Shown here one piece after another: positions 1 through 10,900 of a stretch of DNA of 64,000 bases. The first letter of the stretch is position 1; each line of letters opens with the position of its first letter. This stretch comes from Verrucomicrobiota bacterium (GTDB lineage: Bacteria > Verrucomicrobiota > Verrucomicrobiia > Limisphaerales > UBA11358), in assembly GCA_049522015.1 (NCBI GenBank), contig JBEKOG010000010.1:21840-85839 (forward strand). Direction: 5' to 3'. The notes below the pieces were generated by a model, which searched no databases, was not told where the DNA came from, and saw only the letters and a program-made list of their open reading frames with translations. The position numbers were made by a program, and so were the translations under genes.

Positions 1-162
1 TCTTTTCGGCAACACGCCTCCAAGTTGCGCCCGGTCCTGGCACGCTGATTTTTGCTGACACGACACCAAAAGCTGGCTTACGATTTGCCGAGGCGCATTG
101 GAAACGTTTTTCCAATCAGTGGCGGCGGCAGGATTTAGCAACCGAACAACCGGCAGATTTCA

Positions 163-1227
163 ATGTCATCGGACAAACTGGGCAGCAAGGGGGGTGGTGG
201 ACTTTCGGGTGGAAACCCCCTGAGTCTGCTTCAGGAATGTTTCGCGTGCGGCGTGATCGTGGTGGGCACGCGCAAACGCATCGTCGCCTGCACCGCCGAA
301 GCCGCCGAACATCTGCACCGGGACGCGGCGAAGTTGCTGAACGCGCCAATGAGTTCATTGCCCGCGCCGCTGGCCAGACTGATTCAGGAAACCGCCCGGA
401 GCGGCAAGGCGATTTTGAACCGCGAAATTCCTTTGGGCCACGCCACGGCATTGCGCGCGAGCATTTTGCCCGTGAAAACGCGCGAGCCGGTGGAAATTGT
501 CGTCGTTTTGAACAGCCTGACATCCACGCCCGTTTTTGAGCAGAACCTCAGACGGCTCGACCGGCTGGCCAGCCTCGGCACGCTTTCGGCGAGCATGGCA
601 CACGAAATCAAAAACGGCATGGTGGCCATCAAGACGTTCGTTGACCTGCTGGCGCAGAAAGGCCAGGACACGGAACTCACCGAGGTCGTCGGGCGCGAGC
701 TGGAGCGCATCAATGCGATTGTGACGCAGATGCTGCGGTTTGCCGCGCCGAACCGCGCGGCGTTCACGACCGTGCGCATCCACGACGTGCTCGATCATTC
801 GCTGCGCCTGATGCAGCATCAAGTCAGCGGAAAATTGATTTCACTGCAACGTCATTACCAGGCCGAGCCGGACACCGTCCGCGGCGACGACGCGCAATTG
901 CAACAGGTGTTCATGAATCTTCTGCTCAACGCGCTCGAAGCGATGGGCACGAACGGGGTGTTGACCGTCAAGACGGAAACGGTGAAGGGCGAACGCAGCG
1001 AGCGGCAATTGCGGATCAACATTCAAGACACCGGTGTGGGCATCGCGCCGGAAAATCTGGAGCGCTTGTTCGAGCCGTTTTTCACGACCAAAAAAAATGG
1101 CACGGGCCTGGGGCTGGCCATCAGCCAGCGCATCGCGCTGGAACATCACGGTGTGATTCACGTGCAAAGCGACCCCGGCAAAGGCTCGCGGTTCAGCCTG
1201 TCGCTGCCGGCGTTCACTGCGGCCTGA
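163..1227 (+). CDS. Sensor histidine kinase (PAS-like N-terminal part, HisKA + HATPase_c core)
   Basis: 354-aa ORF; H-box SASMAHEIKNGMVAIKTF, N-box NLLLNALEAM, G1 IQDTGVGI, G2 GTGLGLAISQRI; no TM segment seen; true start uncertain. Confidence 0.9.
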   Translation: MSSDKLGSKGGGGLSGGNPLSLLQECFACGVIVVGTRKRIVACTAEAAEHLHRDAAKLLNAPMSSLPAPLARLIQETARSGKAILNREIPLGHATALRASILPVKTREPVEIVVVLNSLTSTPVFEQNLRRLDRLASLGTLSASMAHEIKNGMVAIKTFVDLLAQKGQDTELTEVVGRELERINAIVTQMLRFAAPNRAAFTTVRIHDVLDHSLRLMQHQVSGKLISLQRHYQAEPDTVRGDDAQLQQVFMNLLLNALEAMGTNGVLTVKTETVKGERSERQLRINIQDTGVGIAPENLERLFEPFFTTKKNGTGLGLAISQRIALEHHGVIHVQSDPGKGSRFSLSLPAFTAA

Positions 1228-1317
1228 CTGGCGGGCAGTGCAGCCGCAAGCTTCACCTTGCACCCCGAACACAACTTGAAGATCACATCTGCTCTTCCAC
1301 GAACGGACGATTAGATT

Positions 1318-3606
1318 TTACTCCCCGAGCAGGTGATAGGGCTGGGCGGTGTCGTCGCCGACGTGGGTTTTCGGCGCGGCCTTGAACGAGAAGGTGAAGG
1401 CCACCGTGAAATCCGTCGGGCCGGTGCTGTTGTCAATCACCCGGAAAGTCAGCGCGCAGGTCCAACTCCGCAGGTCGCGATAGACCGAGTAATTTTGTTC
1501 CTGCAAACGGCCGTTCGCGGCGTTGAAATCGTGCCGCGCGCGCAAACCCCAGTTGTCATTCACCCGGTAAAACATGGTGCTGGTGATGAAGTTGTTGGCT
1601 TGCGTAAACCCATCAAAGCCGCTGCGCAAATACCAGTGGCCGAGTCCCCAGCTCCAGCGTTCATTCGGTGTGAAGGTCAGTTGATGAAACGCCAGATTCA
1701 AATCGCCGCTGTTGATGGCGTAGCGCAGTTGTGAATCCAGCACGATCCACGAGCGCGGCTTGAAAGTGAGGTCGGAGTAAAGGTCGCTGAACGTCTCCCG
1801 CTGGCTGAACGGTTCGTCGAGATTGACTTGATCCTGGCCCGGGGTAAGCCGCCAATCCAACATCACGTTCCAATCGAGCAGATTGTCGAGCTGTCCGTCG
1901 CGCATGGTTTGGAGCGTGTTGCGCAGGCCGAAACGAATGACGTTCTCACTATCAATGGAATCAATGTTGTTGTAATCGGGAAATTGAACCGGCAAAAGCA
2001 ACAGGCTGGGCAATGCGGAATCGAACTGCGGAAGTTGTGCCGGCGGCGTGCTGGGCGAGGGCACGTAGGCGTAAGTCACCGATGGCTCGATGATGTGGCG
2101 CAGACCGTCAACAGCCAGAAGTGAATTCGTCGCGCCAGCCCAAAGCTGCGAGGCTTTGAACGAAGTTTCGACGCCGGTATTGAACACGCGGCGATAGGTT
2201 GCTGAGTTGGTGCCGCCCGGTCCGGTCTCCGAGCTGTAATAGGTGAAGCGTCCGCCGACGCGCGGCGTGACATTCAGCCAGCCAAAAAACGTTTCCGGCA
2301 GGAGCAGTTGATGAAAAGTGTCGGCACGGGAGGCGGAATAAGCCGGCGGGCTGTTCGTAGCGGCAAACAAGGCATTATTCGTGTCCGCAAAATACATCCG
2401 GTAATAGCCCGCCGAATTTTCGCTCTCGTAATAAAACGGCGTGTTAAGAACCTGCTGGCGATAACCGGTGAGCCTCACGTCGGGCAGGCGTTCGACCTGG
2501 TTGAAGAAATCATTTACCTGCGGCGTGGTTTCGGCGTCGAGACTCCAGTTGTTCCAATACTTGTTGACCTCGGTGAACGTGTTGGGCTGCGGATTATCGC
2601 GATAGGCGCCCTCGAAAAAATCATGCAGCATCAGCGGGTCGCTTTGGTAATTCACGAGCGCCTTCAAGTTCAAATTGGTGGCCGGGGTCGCCTGGTAACC
2701 GAGGTAAAACCGCTGGCGGTTCTCAGGAATCGCCCCCAAATTAGCGAAGCTGTTCGTGCTGACGCTGGCGTTCGGGTCCCGGTCGTGCAAATAGTAATAC
2801 TTGAACGCCGCCTCGCCCCATTGTCCGAGGTGCAGATTCAGGTCCGGGCCCGCGCCCACGCCCCGCTTCTCGCGGTAGTCCAGATGAATCTTTCCGTCCG
2901 CCGAATCGTCGAGATACCACGTGTAAGTGTTGAGCAAAAACGGCCCGTACGCGCTGCGGTAGCCGGGAAGAAAATTGAAATTGTTGACGTGCTCGCCCAG
3001 ATTGCGCCGGTAATACGGAAAGTAAAACGTCGGCACACCGTCCATGAACAGCACGGCGTTCCACATCTCGATGTATTTCCCGGGAACAATTTTTATATGA
3101 CTGGAACGGATGTAAATCGCCGGGTCGTTCACATCATCGGTCGTGACGAAAGCGTGGCGCGCGGTGTAGGTTTTATTGGTCGTGTCGCCCTGCAATTGCC
3201 GGCCTTGCGCGAACACCGGCGGTTTGCCCGTGCGAAATTGTTCGCTCTGCATCTGGTGCGTTTTGAAATTATAACGGATGTGTTCGCCGGCCCAGATTTG
3301 ATCGCGTTCCTCAATGCGCACATGCCCGTCGGCCACCGCCTCGCCCGTCTGCTGGTTCAACGTAACGCTGTCCGCCATGAGCGTCGCGCCTCCGTTTTGA
3401 ACATGATTCGTACCGTATTGAACAAGAATGTTCGTGCCGTAACCGATGTCACTTTTGAAATCGTAATCCATCTTCCCCTCCGGCGCGCCAGGAATGACTT
3501 CACTAAGCCCCCGTATCAACCAGGAAGATTGTTCCTGCGCCAGGGCAAGGAATGGAAAAATCACAGCAAAAAAAACGAGCGGCGCAATGGCGGACAATTT
3601 TCTCAT
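1318..3606 (-). CDS. lptD: LPS-assembly outer-membrane protein LptD (OstA family)
   Basis: OstA-like N-terminal segment (GATLMADSVTLNQQTGEAVADGHVRIEERDQIWAGEHIRYN) followed by a ~650-aa aromatic/Gly-rich beta-barrel-type region. Signal peptide MRKLSAIAPLVFFAVIFPFLALA begins at ATG 3606; the ORF-track GTG start at 3663 is probably an over-extension. Confidence 0.8.
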   Translation of the reverse strand: MRKLSAIAPLVFFAVIFPFLALAQEQSSWLIRGLSEVIPGAPEGKMDYDFKSDIGYGTNILVQYGTNHVQNGGATLMADSVTLNQQTGEAVADGHVRIEERDQIWAGEHIRYNFKTHQMQSEQFRTGKPPVFAQGRQLQGDTTNKTYTARHAFVTTDDVNDPAIYIRSSHIKIVPGKYIEMWNAVLFMDGVPTFYFPYYRRNLGEHVNNFNFLPGYRSAYGPFLLNTYTWYLDDSADGKIHLDYREKRGVGAGPDLNLHLGQWGEAAFKYYYLHDRDPNASVSTNSFANLGAIPENRQRFYLGYQATPATNLNLKALVNYQSDPLMLHDFFEGAYRDNPQPNTFTEVNKYWNNWSLDAETTPQVNDFFNQVERLPDVRLTGYRQQVLNTPFYYESENSAGYYRMYFADTNNALFAATNSPPAYSASRADTFHQLLLPETFFGWLNVTPRVGGRFTYYSSETGPGGTNSATYRRVFNTGVETSFKASQLWAGATNSLLAVDGLRHIIEPSVTYAYVPSPSTPPAQLPQFDSALPSLLLLPVQFPDYNNIDSIDSENVIRFGLRNTLQTMRDGQLDNLLDWNVMLDWRLTPGQDQVNLDEPFSQRETFSDLYSDLTFKPRSWIVLDSQLRYAINSGDLNLAFHQLTFTPNERWSWGLGHWYLRSGFDGFTQANNFITSTMFYRVNDNWGLRARHDFNAANGRLQEQNYSVYRDLRSWTCALTFRVIDNSTGPTDFTVAFTFSFKAAPKTHVGDDTAQPYHLLGE

Positions 3607-3667
3607 CAGGCGCGGCCAATTAAACAGAACGCCCTCCGGCTGCCAAGCGGATTTGGCACGCACCTAT

Positions 3668-4024
3668 CTAATCTTTCGGCACAAAGGTGAAGGCCACCGC
3701 CGCCAGGATGCACACAAACGCGGCGAGATGGTTCCACCGGATTTTTTCGCCGAGATACAAAATCGCGAAGCCGCAAAAGACGGTGAGCGTGATGACTTCC
3801 TGGATGATTTTGAGTTGCGTGGCGGAATAAACCGAGTTGCCCCAGCGATTGGCCGGCACCTGCAACAGGTATTCAAAGAAAGCGATGCCCCAGCTCACCA
3901 GAATGACGAGCAGCAGCGGCTTGCTTTTGAATTTCAAGTGGCCGTACCACGCGACCGTCATGAAAACATTCGAGCAGGTCAGCAGCACAATGGGCAGCCA
4001 GCGGGATTGAGTCAGGTCGTTCAT
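3668..4024 (-). CDS. Small DMT-superfamily membrane protein (DUF486-like, 4 TM)
   Basis: 118 aa, four hydrophobic helices, WYGHLKF...LQVPANRWG pattern typical of DUF486/DMT half-transporters. Confidence 0.65.
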   Translation of the reverse strand: MNDLTQSRWLPIVLLTCSNVFMTVAWYGHLKFKSKPLLLVILVSWGIAFFEYLLQVPANRWGNSVYSATQLKIIQEVITLTVFCGFAILYLGEKIRWNHLAAFVCILAAVAFTFVPKD

Positions 4025-4029
4025 AAATT

Positions 4030-4359
4030 TTATTCTTCGGAGGATTCAATTTCGCCCAGCGCCAGCCGCGCGCCGTGGCGAACGTGCAAGACGTGAACCT
4101 TGCTTTCGCTCACAGTAAATAGGATTCGGTATTTGTGCTGGCGGCGACCGTGGAAAATTTCGCGGATTTCCGAATTGAAAAATTCGCTTTCCGGCGCGAT
4201 CGGACAGCGTTCAGGAAACGTGTCCAACGAGAAAATCACTTCCAGCAACCGGTTATACCAGCGGATGGCAGCTTCTGCATCCTGCTCGGCCAGCCATTCG
4301 TAAGCCTCGCCGATGTCACGCTCCGCCGACGGCAGGATGATGACTTGATAATGCTTCAC
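4030..4359 (-). CDS. Type II toxin, RelE/ParE family
   Basis: 109 aa; ILPSAERDIGEAYEWL...RWYNRL...FPERCP...EIREIFHGRRQHKYRILFTVSESKVHVLHVRHGAR matches the ParE/plasmid-stabilisation pattern; overlaps the upstream antitoxin by 4 nt. Confidence 0.85.
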   Translation of the reverse strand: MKHYQVIILPSAERDIGEAYEWLAEQDAEAAIRWYNRLLEVIFSLDTFPERCPIAPESEFFNSEIREIFHGRRQHKYRILFTVSESKVHVLHVRHGARLALGEIESSEE

Positions 4360-4634
4360 CGGGGCGAGCGTAGAATTTTATATTTGGCGCGGATGCGATC
4401 CAAAACCTTGCGTGCCGGTTCGCCTTTGCCTGCCTTCATTTCATCCAGACCGCGCTGGATGCCGCGAATCGCGTCGAGCATGTCTTCAAACGCGGCGGCA
4501 TCCTGCACGATCAACTCCGCCTTGCCGTTGACCGTGAGGACTTCCGGACGGCCAGTGCTTTTGAGCCGGCGCAAGTGCGACTTGGCGTTGCGCTGAAAAT
4601 CCGTCAGCGACCGGATGTCTTGCAAGGCAATCAT
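4356..4634 (-). CDS. Type II antitoxin, Phd/YefM family
   Basis: 92 aa; LTDFQRNAKSHLRRLKSTGRPEVLTVNGKAELIVQDAAAFEDM is the Phd/YefM fold signature; stop overlaps the toxin start (4356-4359). Confidence 0.85.
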   Translation of the reverse strand: MIALQDIRSLTDFQRNAKSHLRRLKSTGRPEVLTVNGKAELIVQDAAAFEDMLDAIRGIQRGLDEMKAGKGEPARKVLDRIRAKYKILRSPR

Positions 4635-4824
4635 AACATTGAATTAAATGTTTTATCTATGCTACGCTGAAACTCCACCGAAAGCAAGCCCGAGCGGTGG
4701 GAGATTGCGATATTCCGGGCAAATTCCCAAGCCGCTGAAGCCTGACGTAGCGGCGTGTCGGCAGACCGCCGCATTTTTTTGGTTTATTCGAACGGCGGCG
4801 CTCTACCGAGACGCCGCTACGCTT

Positions 4825-5598
4825 TCAAAGCCTCACCGGAATACCTTTGCTCGCCAAAAATTTCTTCACGTCACCGACGGTGTAGGTGCCGAAATGGAAA
4901 ATGCTCGCGGCGAGGACGGCGTCGGCCCGGCCTTCGAGCAGCACCTCGGCCATGTGCTCCAGACTGCCCGCGCCGCCGCTGGCCACCACCGGCACGCCCA
5001 CGGCTTCGCTGATGCGCCGCGTGATGACCAGATCAAATCCGGCCTTCGTGCCGTCGGCGTCAATGCTGTTCAAAACAATTTCGCCCGCGCCGAGCGACAC
5101 CGCGCGTTTGGCCCAATCGACGGCGTCCAAGCCGGTCGGTTTGCGGGCGCCGTGCGAAAAAACCCCCCATTTGTCCGGTGCCACCTTCCGGCAATCAATG
5201 CTCACCACGATGCACTGGCTGCCGAATTTTTCGGCTCCGGCGCGAATCAAGTCGGGATTCGCCAGCGCCGAGGAATTGATGCTAATTTTGTCCGCGCCGG
5301 CCCGCAGCATCGTGAACATGTCGTCCACGGATTTGAGTCCGCCGCCAACGGTGAGCGGCATGAAGCATTGGTCGGCAGCGCGTTCAATGACGTCCACCAT
5401 CGTCGCGCGGCCATGCGCGGTGGCGGTGATGTCGAAGAACACCATTTCATCCGCGCCCTGTTCGTTGTAGCGGAGCGCGAGTGCGACCGGGTCGCCGACG
5501 TTGCGCAGTTCGCCCGCTTCGGCCTTGCCGAACTGGACGCCGCGCGTGACCTTGCCGTCATGGACGTCGAGGCAAGGAATAACTCGTTTGGCCATCAT
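4825..5598 (-). CDS. hisF: Imidazole glycerol phosphate synthase cyclase subunit HisF
   Basis: 257 aa; [21 protein letters not shown]..., full-length (beta/alpha)8 HisF pattern including [10 protein letters not shown] and [20 protein letters not shown]. Confidence 0.96.
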   Translation of the reverse strand: MMAKRVIPCLDVHDGKVTRGVQFGKAEAGELRNVGDPVALALRYNEQGADEMVFFDITATAHGRATMVDVIERAADQCFMPLTVGGGLKSVDDMFTMLRAGADKISINSSALANPDLIRAGAEKFGSQCIVVSIDCRKVAPDKWGVFSHGARKPTGLDAVDWAKRAVSLGAGEIVLNSIDADGTKAGFDLVITRRISEAVGVPVVASGGAGSLEHMAEVLLEGRADAVLAASIFHFGTYTVGDVKKFLASKGIPVRL

Positions 5599-5849
5599 GA
5601 ATGACCATTGAAACGGCCCCCGGCGCGCACGGCAACCGATTAGCTTATTAAGTTATTAACACCTATTAACAATTACTTCGGTGCGTGCCAGCGCCGAGAA
5701 TTTCCTTGGCGCGCTGAAACCTATTTATCTTACCCACCGTCTTAGGAAATAGAAACGGCCGTGGAAACGGTGTTAGCAACCGGGCACGGCAAGTTGATTT
5801 TTGAATGTGGGAATGCCGTTTGTTGTCTGATAAAAATAGATTTTGGATT

Positions 5850-6587
5850 ATGAAACTACATGTTTTGACTTTGAATCTGGCTTTGGCGGCTTCGGCAGTT
5901 GGGTTGACGGGATGCCAGAATCCCGACGGCACGCAAAATAACACGGGCTCGGGAGCATTGATTGGTGGCGTGATGGGAGCAATCACGGGCTCGGCCATTG
6001 GCGGTCGTCACTACGGCGGACAGGACGCGTTGATTGGCGCGGCGGCGGGAGCGCTGGCCGGCGGCCTGATCGGCAATTCCATGGATCGCGAACAGGAGGC
6101 CCGGCTCAAGGCGCAGGCACCGCAGACTTACGTCAAAGTGGACCAGGGCCAGCCGTTGAGCATTGAGGATGTGAAGGCGCTCGCAAAAGCGGGCATCAGT
6201 GAAGACGTGATTATCAGCCAGATTCAAAACTCGCGGACGAGTTACCATTTGAGCGCGGCGGACATCATTGATTTGCGCGACGCGGGTGTGACGGACAAAG
6301 TCGTTAATTACATGATTAACACACCGGCCACCGCGGGCGATGCGGCTCCGGCCAGCACCGTGGTTGTCCAGCAGGCTCCTCCTCCTCCGCCGGTGGAAAC
6401 GGTGGTGGTCGCCGCACCGGGACCAGACTACGTCTGGATTGGCGGCGAATATGAATGGAGCGGAATCTCCTGGGTGTGGATCGGGGGACACTGGGGCTAT
6501 CCGCCCCACCCGCACGCCGTGTGGGTTGGCGGACGTGCCTGGCATGATCGCTATGGCTGGCACCATGACCGCGGATACTGGCGTTAA
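5850..6587 (+). CDS. Lipoprotein with glycine-zipper segment and C-terminal YXWGXW-type Trp/Gly repeats
   Basis: Lipobox LTGC in MKLHVLTLNLALAASAVGLTGCQ (ATG 5850); glycine zipper GALIGGVMGAITGSAIGG...AAAGALAGGLIG; C-terminal YVWIGGEYEWSGISWVWIGGHWGYPP...WVGGRAW repeats. Confidence 0.6.
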   Translation: MKLHVLTLNLALAASAVGLTGCQNPDGTQNNTGSGALIGGVMGAITGSAIGGRHYGGQDALIGAAAGALAGGLIGNSMDREQEARLKAQAPQTYVKVDQGQPLSIEDVKALAKAGISEDVIISQIQNSRTSYHLSAADIIDLRDAGVTDKVVNYMINTPATAGDAAPASTVVVQQAPPPPPVETVVVAAPGPDYVWIGGEYEWSGISWVWIGGHWGYPPHPHAVWVGGRAWHDRYGWHHDRGYWR

Positions 6588-7110
6588 TTTCCGCACACCA
6601 AAACGGCGCGCAGACAGATCCCCATTCTCCACCGCTCCTGCCGAAGAATGGTAGCCGTGGACGTCAGTCCGCGCTGATTTTAGCGCTGGGCGGGGTTCAA
6701 TGCAGAGGCACAAAAAGCAAGTTTGCGCTGACTCACGTCGGCGGCTATGGCGCTCGCAAGGTGGATGCAGTTTCAGACATACCTCCCGGCAAAAAAACGA
6801 CTTGAACCCGATTGTCGGCATTACACTTGCTGGAGATGATAACTGGATTCGGGCGGTGGCCAACTCACTACGGCTCCCCTTAAAAAAACGGGCCGTTTCT
6901 CCGACGCCACTGCCTGAATCCGATATTTGTCGCGCTTTCTTCCGTCTTCGTTACGCTACGCCGCGACAAGTCGGAGAATTTTGAACCACGAAATCACAAA
7001 GATACCGGAATTGCCGGACAGTTTTGTTCCAGATGAAATGTCCAGTCCACAACCGGCAATGAGAAAAGACATTTTTGAACGGACTATTAGCTAAAGCCGG
7101 TCCTTGCGGT

Positions 7111-7464
7111 TCAATGCCGCCAAGGGTATCGGCGCCGCCGCACCGGGTAGAGAAGGTCCGGGATGGCCTCTGATTCGCCGTCGTTCCAGGTTCGATCCGA
7201 GGCAGCGGTTGGAAGCGCGAATGGATTTCCAGTCATTGCCTTCATCCGGCCCTCCCGGGTTGCCAGCCGGTAGATGCCGAAGCCAACCAGACCCGCAACG
7301 ACGAGAATTGAAAAACACAACGCAATGAAGCCAAGTTCGGCGAGTGCCCTGCGAACGGCAGGGAAAAAAAGACTGATGAGCACAACCAAGCCTGCCAGTC
7401 GGGCGGTCCACCCAATCACATCGGCTTCCTGTTTTCGGTGTGCCATTTGATGCCAAATGTGCAC
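7111..7464 (-). CDS. Hypothetical small membrane protein
   Basis: 117-aa ORF with two hydrophobic helices (LAGLVVLISLFFPAV, FIALCFSILVVAGLVGFGIY); no recognisable family. Confidence 0.3.
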   Translation of the reverse strand: MHIWHQMAHRKQEADVIGWTARLAGLVVLISLFFPAVRRALAELGFIALCFSILVVAGLVGFGIYRLATREGRMKAMTGNPFALPTAASDRTWNDGESEAIPDLLYPVRRRRYPWRH

Positions 7465-7705
7465 ATCTCATGCCATCCTGGCATGTTGGTATCATTTGCG
7501 GTTAAACGACTTATGTCAGACGTGATGGGGCATGGGGAAAAGCCGTGGCTTGGCGTTATCACATTGTCGCATTTGCCCCATATCTTCCCCTGAATCGGTG
7601 AATCGTTGAAAAATCAACACGCCCGCACAGCATTCCGGGATATCGAGGCTGTGGAGACAAAATGATGGGTGGTGGTCTTTGGGCAGCCCGCGAGCGTGTG
7701 GAAAC

Positions 7706-7736
7706 TTGTTTACTTCGCCGCCCGCCGAAATATATT
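7706..7736 (+). promoter_or_regulatory. Candidate sigma70-type promoter of tRNA-Leu
   Basis: TTGTTTACT (-35 region, 7706-7714) and TATATT (-10, 7731-7736), about 12 nt upstream of the tRNA 5' end. Confidence 0.4.
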
Positions 7737-7747
7737 GGCGCACTGTT

Positions 7748-7834
7748 GCCGACGTGGCGGAACTGGCAGACGCGCCAGACTCAAAATCTGGTACTCGTGA
7801 GAGTGTGTGGGTTCGACCCCCTCCGTCGGCACCA
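7748..7834 (+). tRNA. tRNA-Leu (anticodon CAA), class II with long variable arm, encoded CCA
   Basis: GCCGACG acceptor pairs with CGTCGGC; anticodon stem CCAGA/TCTGG with loop CTCAAAA; TTCGA T-loop; close to E. coli tRNA-Leu(CAA) as I recall it; one U-U mismatch in the T stem; followed by a T-run. Confidence 0.92.
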
Positions 7835-7951
7835 TTTTTTATCCCGGTTGCATCTTAACTGATCCGGGAGAATTTTTCGGACCAATTCCCGCCGGTTTGA
7901 AGAAATCACCCCCATCTGAGGCGTGGAATTTCCGCAAACCGGTCTTCCGGC

Positions 7952-10900
7952 TCAACGCGATTTTCTGGCGGTGGCAATCGCCACGACCAGCCACAGGGCG
8001 AGGAACCCGGCGAGCGACCAGCCGACCCGGCCCGGCCAGTTGCCCGTACCCGCCTTCACCACCGAAAGCTGGATGGTCATCGGCTTGTGGACTCCGGTCT
8101 GGAGCACCTGGGTGAAGGCGTAACGCAAACCGCGCGTGGGCAGGTTCACATGCAGCGGCTGCACCTTCGCCATCGCCACTTCCTGCGCACGCTGCAGCTT
8201 GACCCATTGCTGTTCGGCCGCGGCGTTGTCGTAAGGCGCCGCCGCCGGTTGTTGGGCCACACCGGAAACGGACAACTGGTCGGCCAACTGTCCTGAATTG
8301 CGCTGCGCAAATTCGTTTTGCGCCATGATCAGGTTGCTGGCCTGTGCCTGGTTCAGGTCTTTTTGAAGCTGTTTCACGTCGGTATCCCGGGATTTGTCCG
8401 CGTAATAAGTGTTCGCGGCCCGGTTGTAATTGGCCATGGCTTCGCGCACGTTGCCCGATTGCAACAACTGTTGCGCCTTGCTGACGTCCTCCTTCGCCTG
8501 CTTTTGGGCGACGGCTTTGCTTTCGCTCTCCATCCGCGAGTATTCGGACAGGGTGAAACTCAACAGCGAAGGTTTGACCGTGGCCACTTCCCGCGACATT
8601 GTCCCGCCAAAACGGTCATAGTCGTAATTGGGCGGCAGGAACAATTCCCAGCGCGCATTCTTCAAGGGCACGTCAAACTGGGGCGAGGCGAAATCAATCT
8701 GCCCGCGCGTTTTCGGGAAGCCGTTGGTGCCGACATAGGTCAGCGTCACCGGTACGGTGGCGTCGTCACCGGACTGTTCCAGCGGCAACAGCAGTTTCCC
8801 GCCATTCTGGCTGGGCCGCACCGGCTGGCCGGCCACAAACGCCGACCAGACCGTCGCTCCCGCCGGCAATTCCACTTCGAGGAACTGCCGTCCGTTGTTG
8901 CGCAAATCCAGCGACATCTCAGTCATGGTCTGGCCATCGTCGGCAACCACCGTCGTGAAACGCGCGCTGTCCACGAGCGCTTGCAACACCTCCGCTTCAT
9001 CGAAGCGCCGGGCCTCGACGACGAGCGAGTAACCGGGGCGCAGATAGCGATACGACAGCACCGGGGTGTCTTCGGCCTGCCCGGCCCATTCCGGAAAATC
9101 TCCCGCGTCCACCCGGCTTAAATCCGTGGCCACGCGCTCGGCGACTTGCAGCGGCGGTTTGGCGACAATGGCCAGCAAACCCGTTTCGCGTTCCACCCCG
9201 GCGGCGGACACGCCGGCCAGCTCAATCCGGTTGGTTCCGGCCTCGCGCGGTTCCTCCCACGTGACCGTCAGCGTGTAAAAGCCGCTGGTCTTGCCCTGCA
9301 ATTCCACCCGCCACTCGTCGCCGTTCTGATCGCGACGGCGGATGTTGGGCCCGGAGATATCCACGTTCTTGAACGCCGCGGGAATTTTCAGGCGCAGTTC
9401 CTTCACCGGGGCGTTGGCGATTTCATAACGCACCTGCGCCCGGCCGCTGATCAGCGTTTCCGAAATCGTGAAGGTGTCCGCCACCTCGGCGCGCAACCAG
9501 GCCTCGACCGTCTCCGTGGTCACGGAAAGTTTCCAATTCGGCGCGGCCTGCGGCCCGGTGGCGATGAATTTGTAGGCCAGCACACCGGCCGCCCCGCGCA
9601 AGGCATTGTAGTCGGGCAGCGAAACCACCGGCACCTCCGCCAGTCCGTCGAACGCCTCGGTCCTGGCCGCGACGCCCGGATCGGTGGAAACGGAAACGAA
9701 ACCCGTCAGCTTCTCCGTATCCAGCGGACACACCCCCTCGACCGCCAGTGACTTTGGCAATTCCTTGAGGCTTCGCGTCAGCTCCAGGCGCAGCGAATAG
9801 TTGCCGCCGGTCCGTTCCTTCAACGCCACTTCCAGCCGGCGCGCATTGCCTTCGGTCCGTTCGGACCATTGCGAAACCCTGTCGCCGATGACCTGTTCGA
9901 CGCGATAGCCGGCCGGCAGGGCCAGCCGGAGCGTGAACACGCCGGCGCGCTTGATGGTGTAGTCCACCACGGCGGAAATGTTCAGTTGATCCGAGCCAAG
10001 GCGGATGTTGTTGCGGACCACCGCCTCGATTTGCGGCTGGATCGTTTCGGCGTTAACGTTCAAATCGAATTCCGGTTTCAGGAAACGGAACACGCTGGCC
10101 AGGCCATCACCGGCCGCCGGCATGACGCGGGCAAATTCCTCCGCGTCCACGCGCTGCAAATCGGACATGGAGGCGACCGACAGGTTCAATTCCTCCGCGC
10201 CGCGCAACGCCACCAGTCCCGTTTCGCGTTTCACCTCCAGCGCGCGCGGGATTTCCACTTTCACCGTTGCCGGCAATGCCTCCAGGATTTTTTCCGTTTC
10301 CACGGTCAGGCGATAGGCGGGGGAAACTCCCTTGAGCAGGTCCGCCACCAGCGTCTGGCCGCCGTTCTCATTCCGGATTTCCCACGTGCGAATCGCCTCG
10401 CCTTCGACGCGCAACAGGCGCTGGCCTGCCGGCAGCCGCACCCGCACCTGGCGCAATTCACCCTGCGTGATTTGATAATCCAGCACGGCGCGCACGTTCA
10501 CCACGCCGCCGCCGAACGTCACCAGTGCCGCATTCTGGCAAAAGACCGTGGCGGCGGTTTCCGCGGCGCGTTTCATGCGCGGTGTCCACAGCAATTCCAC
10601 GGAGCCGCTCGAGCCGATGACGGCCTCGACGCGTGTCCGGTCCTTGACCGTGGCGTGTTTGAAGGAAATGGCGGTGGGGAAATCCACGTCCGCGTCCGGC
10701 TGGTCCAGCGTGAGCACGAACTGGCTGGACAGCGCCGGCGGAATGCCGAACACCAGCCGCCGTTTGGTCACGTCGCCACCAGGTTTGACCAGCAGCCTGA
10801 TTTGCACGGTTGCCGCGCCGCGCCGCCCGAGTTGCACGGCCACGGCGTCGCCGTCGCGAACCAGGCTGGCCTCGCCGGATTTTACGGAGAATTGTTGCAC

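Noticed and set aside
2308-3690. 460-aa ORF antisense to lptD
   Set aside because: It lies fully inside and opposite a gene with clear family motifs. The product is Arg/Val-rich low-complexity sequence, typical of antisense frames in high-GC DNA.
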